Source of the DNA: an uncultured Chloroflexia bacterium
GTDB lineage: Bacteria > Chloroflexota > Dehalococcoidia > DSTF01 > WHTK01
Length of the DNA stretch: 64,000 nucleotides
Assembly: GCA_963711035.1 (NCBI GenBank)
Contig: CAVQCN010000001.1
Location: 816,900 to 880,899, forward strand
Direction: 5' to 3'
A program made the translations under genes and the position numbers. Shown here piece by piece: positions 59,018-64,000 of the stretch. Each line of letters opens with the position of its first letter. Within the stretch, counting starts at the first letter, position 1. The notes beneath the pieces were generated by a model, which saw only the letters and a program-made list of their open reading frames with translations, was not told where the DNA came from and did no database searches.

Positions 59018-59815
59018 ATGGACAAGATCCGCGTCGTCGTCAGTGGTACCGGCTTCATGGGCCGCGAGGTGCTCGCCGCGGTCTGCGGTGAAGAGGACCT
59101 GGAGCCGGTCGGCGTCATCGAGAAGTTCTCCCAGGAGGAGTCCGTTTCGCTGCCCACGCCGGGCGCCGGCCTCGTGCCGATGAGCAACGACCCGGCCGCA
59201 TTGATCCAACGTGTCAATCCCGACGTGATCGTCGACTTCACGAATGCGGAGTGGACCGGCGACGTCTCCAGCGCCGCGATCGACCGGGGCGTGTGCATGG
59301 TGATCGGCACGACGAATCTCAGCCCGGCCTTCCTCAGCGAGTTGGACGAGCGGTGCCGGACGAAGCAGGTAGGCGCGTTCGTGGCGCCGAACTTCGCCAT
59401 CGGCGCCGTCGTCATGATCCACCTGGCGCGCATTGCCTCCCGCTTCTTCGACTATGCCGAGGTGACGGAGATGCACCAGGAGAAAAAGCTCGACGCTCCT
59501 TCCGGTACCGCCGTCGTCACGGCGCGGGCCATGGTCGAGGGCCACGGCGGGCCCTTCCAGCACACGATGCCGGAGAAGGAGCCCGTCATCGGCGGTCGCG
59601 GCGCCGTGCTGGACGGCGTGGCCATCCACAGCCAGCGCATGCCGGGCTTCGTTGCCCACCAGGAGGTTGCTTTCGGCGGCCTGGGCCAGACGCTGCGCAT
59701 TCGCCACGACTCTACTGGCCGCGAATCCTTTATTCCGGGCGTGCTCCTGGCAGTGCGCGAGATCACGAAGCGCAACGAACTCATCGTCGGCCTCGACAAG
59801 CTCATCGGTCTCTAA
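59018..59815 (+). CDS. dapB: 4-hydroxy-tetrahydrodipicolinate reductase
   Basis: MDKIRVVVSGTGFMGR..., EMHQEKKLDAPSGTA, 265 aa. Confidence 0.93.
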   Translation: MDKIRVVVSGTGFMGREVLAAVCGEEDLEPVGVIEKFSQEESVSLPTPGAGLVPMSNDPAALIQRVNPDVIVDFTNAEWTGDVSSAAIDRGVCMVIGTTNLSPAFLSELDERCRTKQVGAFVAPNFAIGAVVMIHLARIASRFFDYAEVTEMHQEKKLDAPSGTAVVTARAMVEGHGGPFQHTMPEKEPVIGGRGAVLDGVAIHSQRMPGFVAHQEVAFGGLGQTLRIRHDSTGRESFIPGVLLAVREITKRNELIVGLDKLIGL

Positions 59816-59896
59816 CGCAGCAACAATCCGGCAACGGAATCTTTCTTTGCAGCCCGCGCGTACTTCCTTGCAGGAAGGACCCGGGAATAGTGAAGG

Positions 59897-60445
59897 GTGG
59901 TTCCGATGTTTGCTCGATCCAGGTTCATCGCGTTCTCGACGTGTCTCGTGCTCGTGATTCTCGGTGGCCTCGTGGCGTGCGGCAGCGACAAGACCTCGCC
60001 ATCGCCGACCGCGCCGGCTGACTCACCGACCCCGGCCGCACTTTCGGATACGCCGGTCGCGACGGCAACCAATGCGGCCGTCGCGACTGCCACGAGCGCT
60101 CTATCAGCGACGGCAACTCAGGTGGCGTCTACTGCAACCAGCGCACCGCCACAACCGGCAGCGACGCAACCGGCGGCGGGCGCCAGCACTGCCGTTACCA
60201 TCGTGGACTTCGCCTTCGTGCCGGAGACATTGACTGCAGCGGCCGGCCAACCGGTGACCATCAAGATCAACAACAACGGCAACGTTCAGCACACCTTCAC
60301 GATCGACGGCGTGGCCGACAGCGGGACGCTGGACCCGGGTGGCTCGACCACGCTGATGTTCACGCCGGCACAAGCGGGGACGCTGACCTTCTACTGCGTC
60401 ATCCACGGCGCGACCGTCATGAGCGGCACGATTACCGTGCAGTGA
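59897..60445 (+). CDS. Cupredoxin-fold (plastocyanin/azurin-like) lipoprotein
   Basis: Signal peptide with lipobox LVAC, an Ala/Thr/Pro linker, and a C-terminal copper-site pattern H...C.IH....M (FYCVIHGATVM). Confidence 0.8.
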   Translation: MVPMFARSRFIAFSTCLVLVILGGLVACGSDKTSPSPTAPADSPTPAALSDTPVATATNAAVATATSALSATATQVASTATSAPPQPAATQPAAGASTAVTIVDFAFVPETLTAAAGQPVTIKINNNGNVQHTFTIDGVADSGTLDPGGSTTLMFTPAQAGTLTFYCVIHGATVMSGTITVQ

Positions 60446-60466
60446 TTCTGAATCCGGGTCGGGGGG

Positions 60467-61555
60467 CTAGGAGGCCTTTTCGGTCGTTTCGCCGGTGCGC
60501 AGACGGTGCAGGAGCAGGCGCGTCTCGTTGAAGCGCTGCAGGAGGTGCTCGATGTCTCCGTCGGCATCCAGCGCAGCAGTGCCATTGCTTGAGCTGGTCG
60601 CAGCCATGAGGGTCTGCAGGGTGTCGCTCTCATCTTCGGGCCGAGGATCGCGGCGCAGGGTTTCCGGCGCCGGTTCAGCAGGCACTTCGGCGCCGTCGAG
60701 CTGCAGGTGCTGCGAGTTTCGTTCGGCGAGGCGCAGGGCGATCTCGGCGCGCCGTAGCAGGTCTTCGACCGTGGTGGCGCAGGTCGGGAAAAAGGTGGCA
60801 CCGAAGGAGGCCGGCAGCGGCCCCCCGGGCTCTCCCTCCCGCGGCTGGCTGCTCTTGGCGAGGCGGCGCAGGCGGCGCACCATGCCGGTCGTCTCGCCGG
60901 GGCCCGACTCGGGTAGGACCAGGGCGAAACTGGCGTTGCCGTAGCGGTACACGCGGTCGATGTTGTTGCGGGTGCGGCGCAGCAGCTCGGCGGTGGCGAG
61001 GAAGCCGGCGTCCCACTCCTCTTCGCTGCGGTAGTCGAAGCGCTGGCGCAGCTGGTCGATGCCGACGAGGACGACGGCAAACTGACGCTGGAAACGACGT
61101 GAGCGCGAAAGCTCTGCCTCGATGGCGGGGCGCAGGAAACGCTCCTCGAAGACGCCTGTCTCCTCTTCGATGCCGAAGTAGCTGTCGCCGCCGGCGCCCA
61201 CCACGCGGCTGTCCGCTTCGAGCATGGCGATGGCGTGACGAATGGCGACGCTGAAGATCGCGAGCCCGACGAGGCCAGGCAGCTCCAACATCATCTTGTG
61301 GTTGAACAGGCTCCAGTCGGCGACGATGGTGCGACCCAGGTTGGCGATGAACCAACAGGCGATGGAGGAGGGCACAGCCGCTTTCCAGGGCAGCATGAGC
61401 GCCGCCCCGGCCGTAACCATGATCATGCCGGCGCGCAGGGCGACTCCCGATGTATCGTCGGCGGAGATGGCAGAGACGGCCGCAACCATTAGCAGCATCC
61501 CGGCGGCGCTGAGGTAGACTGCTGTCCGTCTTGGACGGAGTACGGCTACGGACAT
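60467..61555 (-). CDS. Membrane protein with a degenerate GGDEF domain (YGNASF in place of GGDEF)
   Basis: 362 aa with N-terminal TM helices. The GGDEF-fold region reads FAVVLVGIDQLRQ...RVYRYGNASFALVLPE. The active-site motif is not conserved. Confidence 0.7.
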   Translation of the reverse strand: MSVAVLRPRRTAVYLSAAGMLLMVAAVSAISADDTSGVALRAGMIMVTAGAALMLPWKAAVPSSIACWFIANLGRTIVADWSLFNHKMMLELPGLVGLAIFSVAIRHAIAMLEADSRVVGAGGDSYFGIEEETGVFEERFLRPAIEAELSRSRRFQRQFAVVLVGIDQLRQRFDYRSEEEWDAGFLATAELLRRTRNNIDRVYRYGNASFALVLPESGPGETTGMVRRLRRLAKSSQPREGEPGGPLPASFGATFFPTCATTVEDLLRRAEIALRLAERNSQHLQLDGAEVPAEPAPETLRRDPRPEDESDTLQTLMAATSSSNGTAALDADGDIEHLLQRFNETRLLLHRLRTGETTEKAS

Positions 61556-61577
61556 GGCTTCGACGCCCCGCAGGTGA

Positions 61578-63101
61578 CTAGCTGGCCAGGCGGAGTGCGA
61601 CGCCGCCTTCGCTGGTCGAGACGACGTCCAGATTCGAGCCGGCCGACTGGCTCAGCCGTTGCCGGAAGTCCTCGACGCTGGTCGGCGCCTCGATCTCGAC
61701 GCGGAAGGTCACTTCTTCCTTCGCGTAGTCGGCCAGCGTGACGTTGGCGACCCCGTTCATGCGGCCCAGCGCGCCATCGAGGCTGAGCAGACGATCGAAG
61801 TCGGGCACCGGCGCGATGCTTATCAGTACGCGGCCGTGCACGATTGGCGACTGGGCTGCGGGCGACGCGGCCGCGACGGGCTCGGCTTCTGCGACCGGTT
61901 CAGTTTGCGGCTCAAGCACCGGTTCGGGCTCGCTGGCCTCAGGCTGCGAGAGCTCCGGAGCGCCGGCTTCCTCGGCTGCACTCGTCTCTGGCTTCGCATC
62001 TTCCTGCTGGTAGCCGGAGTACCAGCTCGGGGTTGGGGTCTGCAGAGAGGGAGAAGGTTCTTCGACCGGGGCGGCACTGGGCGCTTGCTGGGTGGCTTGC
62101 CAGGGCGAGACCGGCTCGGACGCTGGCTGTGGCTCGACAGGCGTGACTTCGGCTTCGGGCTCAGTGGCGGTTTCCGGAGCCTCACCCGAGAGGTTGGCGA
62201 TGCGGTTGTGCAGGTCCTGCACCAGGCGGGTGAGCAGGCTGTAGTCCGTCTCGAGGCGCTCCAGGACGAGCTGCGCGGACTCGCTGACCGCGGAGCCGAC
62301 GGTGCTGGAGTGGGCCTGGCTGGCGGCCTCGCGGGCTTCTTGGGCCGCGCGCGAGGCCTCGGCAACAGCATCCTCATGAGTGCGGGTGGACTCCTCCAGA
62401 CGCTGCATCGCGGTAGTGAGGCGCTCCTCGATGGTTTGGCTCACCTGGTCGGCGCTGCGCATGGCGTCCTGGGCTTGCTGCACGGCTGCCTCGACGCGGC
62501 TGTCGATGGCAGCCTGGACTTCGTCGGTGAGCGCCGGGGTGGAGGGGAGGGTATTCAGGCGCTCTTCGAGGTCGGTTCGCACGCGCTCGGCGGCGCTTCC
62601 GGCCTGGGCGAGGATGTTGTTGAGGCGGATTTCGAGGTCGCTCTGCAGCCGTTGGGCGGCCGCGAAGGCGTCATCGGCCTTGCGGCTCGCGTCGTCGAGC
62701 CGGCTCTGCAGCTCGGGAGTCTGCATGCTCTGTTCGGTTCGCTGAATGGCCTCGTCGAGGAGGTTCTGTGTCTCGGCGCGCACCTTTTCGGCGGCGTCGT
62801 TGAGAGCGCTGCGCACGGAGTCGGCCACGGCGCGCGCGTCGTCGGCCGCGCTGGTTGCGGCGCTGGCCATTTCGCTGCTTCGGGTGGCGGACTGCTCGGC
62901 GCGCGCGGATACGTCGTCGATAGCCTTCATGGAGTCGGCGGCGAACTTGTCTGCCGCCGCTGCCAACTGCTGCGACGTTTCACTGACGCTCTTCGTGAAT
63001 GCGGCGACGGCTTCGCGGACGGTGGCGGTCCAGTTCGGTGCCTGGTTTTCGTCGCGCTCCATGGAGCCATCGTAGTCGACGGGCGTATTCATTTGAACCA
63101 C
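61578..63101 (-). CDS. Hypothetical coiled-coil protein with a Pro/Glu/Ala-rich linker and a small C-terminal globular domain
   Basis: 507 aa. About 300 aa of helical repeats rich in A/E/Q/R/S/D, a low-complexity linker, then VHGRVLISIAPVPDFDRLLSLDGALGRMNGVANVTLADY... Confidence 0.55.
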   Translation of the reverse strand: MVQMNTPVDYDGSMERDENQAPNWTATVREAVAAFTKSVSETSQQLAAAADKFAADSMKAIDDVSARAEQSATRSSEMASAATSAADDARAVADSVRSALNDAAEKVRAETQNLLDEAIQRTEQSMQTPELQSRLDDASRKADDAFAAAQRLQSDLEIRLNNILAQAGSAAERVRTDLEERLNTLPSTPALTDEVQAAIDSRVEAAVQQAQDAMRSADQVSQTIEERLTTAMQRLEESTRTHEDAVAEASRAAQEAREAASQAHSSTVGSAVSESAQLVLERLETDYSLLTRLVQDLHNRIANLSGEAPETATEPEAEVTPVEPQPASEPVSPWQATQQAPSAAPVEEPSPSLQTPTPSWYSGYQQEDAKPETSAAEEAGAPELSQPEASEPEPVLEPQTEPVAEAEPVAAASPAAQSPIVHGRVLISIAPVPDFDRLLSLDGALGRMNGVANVTLADYAKEEVTFRVEIEAPTSVEDFRQRLSQSAGSNLDVVSTSEGGVALRLAS

Positions 63102-63199
63102 GGTTCCCTCCCAGATGGTCGCCTACGGCGACAGGGGGCGATCCCCTGCCTTTAAGTATCGGAAGGACTGCGAAGCGGCTTTAGGGGAGGGTTTCTACT

Positions 63200-64000
63200 C
63201 TAGTTTTGCGGCGTGCTGCTTGGTTCCGGCGTGTTTGTGGGCGTGGCGGTGTCGGTCGGCGTTGCCGTCGGCGTTTCGGTTGGCGTGCTAGTCGCTGTGC
63301 TGGTCGCCGTGGGCGTAGGCTCCGGGTCGCCGACGAGGTCGCCGGTTATCGATAGCGTGTCGAGCATGTGGCTCAGCACCGTCGCCGACTCACCTGTCTG
63401 GTCGACGAGGTCGCTCAGGGAGATCGTCGCTCCGCTGTTACCTTTGTCACGCAGGACGACGATCTTGTCGCCGAGTACCGCCTGGATGCCGCCGCTATCA
63501 GTGCGGATCAGCAGGATGATGCTCGTGTCGGGGCTGTCGATGCGAATCGTGTCGTCGGCAACGTTGCCCGTCCCGGTGCCGTCGACGTCGATACCGACGA
63601 GCTGCCAGCCGCTGGGAACCCGCAGGTTCAGGGTCGTGGTCGAAATCGTGACCCAATCCAGACCAAAGGTGGTGTCGTCCGTCGGGCTCACGCGCACCTG
63701 GCCGTCCTTCAGAGCCGGAGGCGTCGGCGTTGGCGGCGGAGGCGTCGTCGTTGCGGTAGCGGATGGCGAGCTCGATGCCGAAGCCGCAGTAGAGGTGGTG
63801 TCGGTAGAAGCCACGGCCTCGTTGCCATCGTCCGGCGCCCGGGCGGCCGTGATGCGATTGGCGTCGTCCAGCCGAGCCAGGGCCTGGTCCAACGCTGGCG
63901 CGACTGTCTCATCCTTTGCGGCAAGCGTGACGATGGTCTTTTGCCGCTCGATGACAGCCGGCAGTTTTTGGGCGACGGCAGGATCATTCTCGGTTTGCAG
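63200..64000 (-). CDS. Hypothetical secreted/cell-surface-type protein with Thr/Pro-rich linkers (5' end beyond the window)
   Basis: The frame stays open to the window edge upstream of the track start 63892. The C-terminus is a PT-rich tail (TPTATSTATSTPTETPTATPTDTATPTNTPEP). Confidence 0.5.
   Translation of the reverse strand: MQTENDPAVAQKLPAVIERQKTIVTLAAKDETVAPALDQALARLDDANRITAARAPDDGNEAVASTDTTSTAASASSSPSATATTTPPPPTPTPPALKDGQVRVSPTDDTTFGLDWVTISTTTLNLRVPSGWQLVGIDVDGTGTGNVADDTIRIDSPDTSIILLIRTDSGGIQAVLGDKIVVLRDKGNSGATISLSDLVDQTGESATVLSHMLDTLSITGDLVGDPEPTPTATSTATSTPTETPTATPTDTATPTNTPEPSSTPQN

Overview
GC-rich bacterial chromosomal core segment (about two-thirds G+C by eye, not computed). The DUF2298 / chlor_Arch_YYY membrane protein, GT-C glycosyltransferases and general gene content suggest a Chloroflexota-like organism, but that assignment is inference only. 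I support about 60 densely packed protein genes, mostly housekeeping: ppk1-ppx, murI, gatB, yvcK-like, secG, fmt, rplY, gap, eno, xerD-like, pcm, ubiE/menG, gyrB, nadD, obg, dnaA, coaX-coaBC, pepA, rpsO-pnp and dapB. There is also a dispersed CoA-dependent catabolic set (thiolase+DUF35, Zn-ADH, two family III CoA-transferases, crotonase), two tandem GT-C membrane glycosyltransferase genes, two GGDEF proteins, and a hicB-hicA pair coupled to an unknown 290-aa gene. I saw no rRNA, tRNA, CRISPR array, transposase or prophage. Most long ORFs in the track that run antisense to these genes are high-GC artefacts. Points worth a second look: (1) four 11-bp-phased hexamers upstream of ppk1-ppx that look like a Pho box; (2) about eight single-base frame disruptions in five genes (gatB, murI, both GT-C genes, hicB), most sitting at 2-4 nt mononucleotide runs, which points to assembly indel errors rather than decay; (3) three families of short palindromic intergenic repeats that generate spurious ORFs; (4) a roughly 500-bp structured intergenic region that I could not assign to any RNA family; (5) an S51-like protein carrying a CysRS-type C-terminal tail; (6) the hicBA-plus-unknown module. 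I did not find a clear-cut novel multi-gene system. The candidates above are hypotheses.
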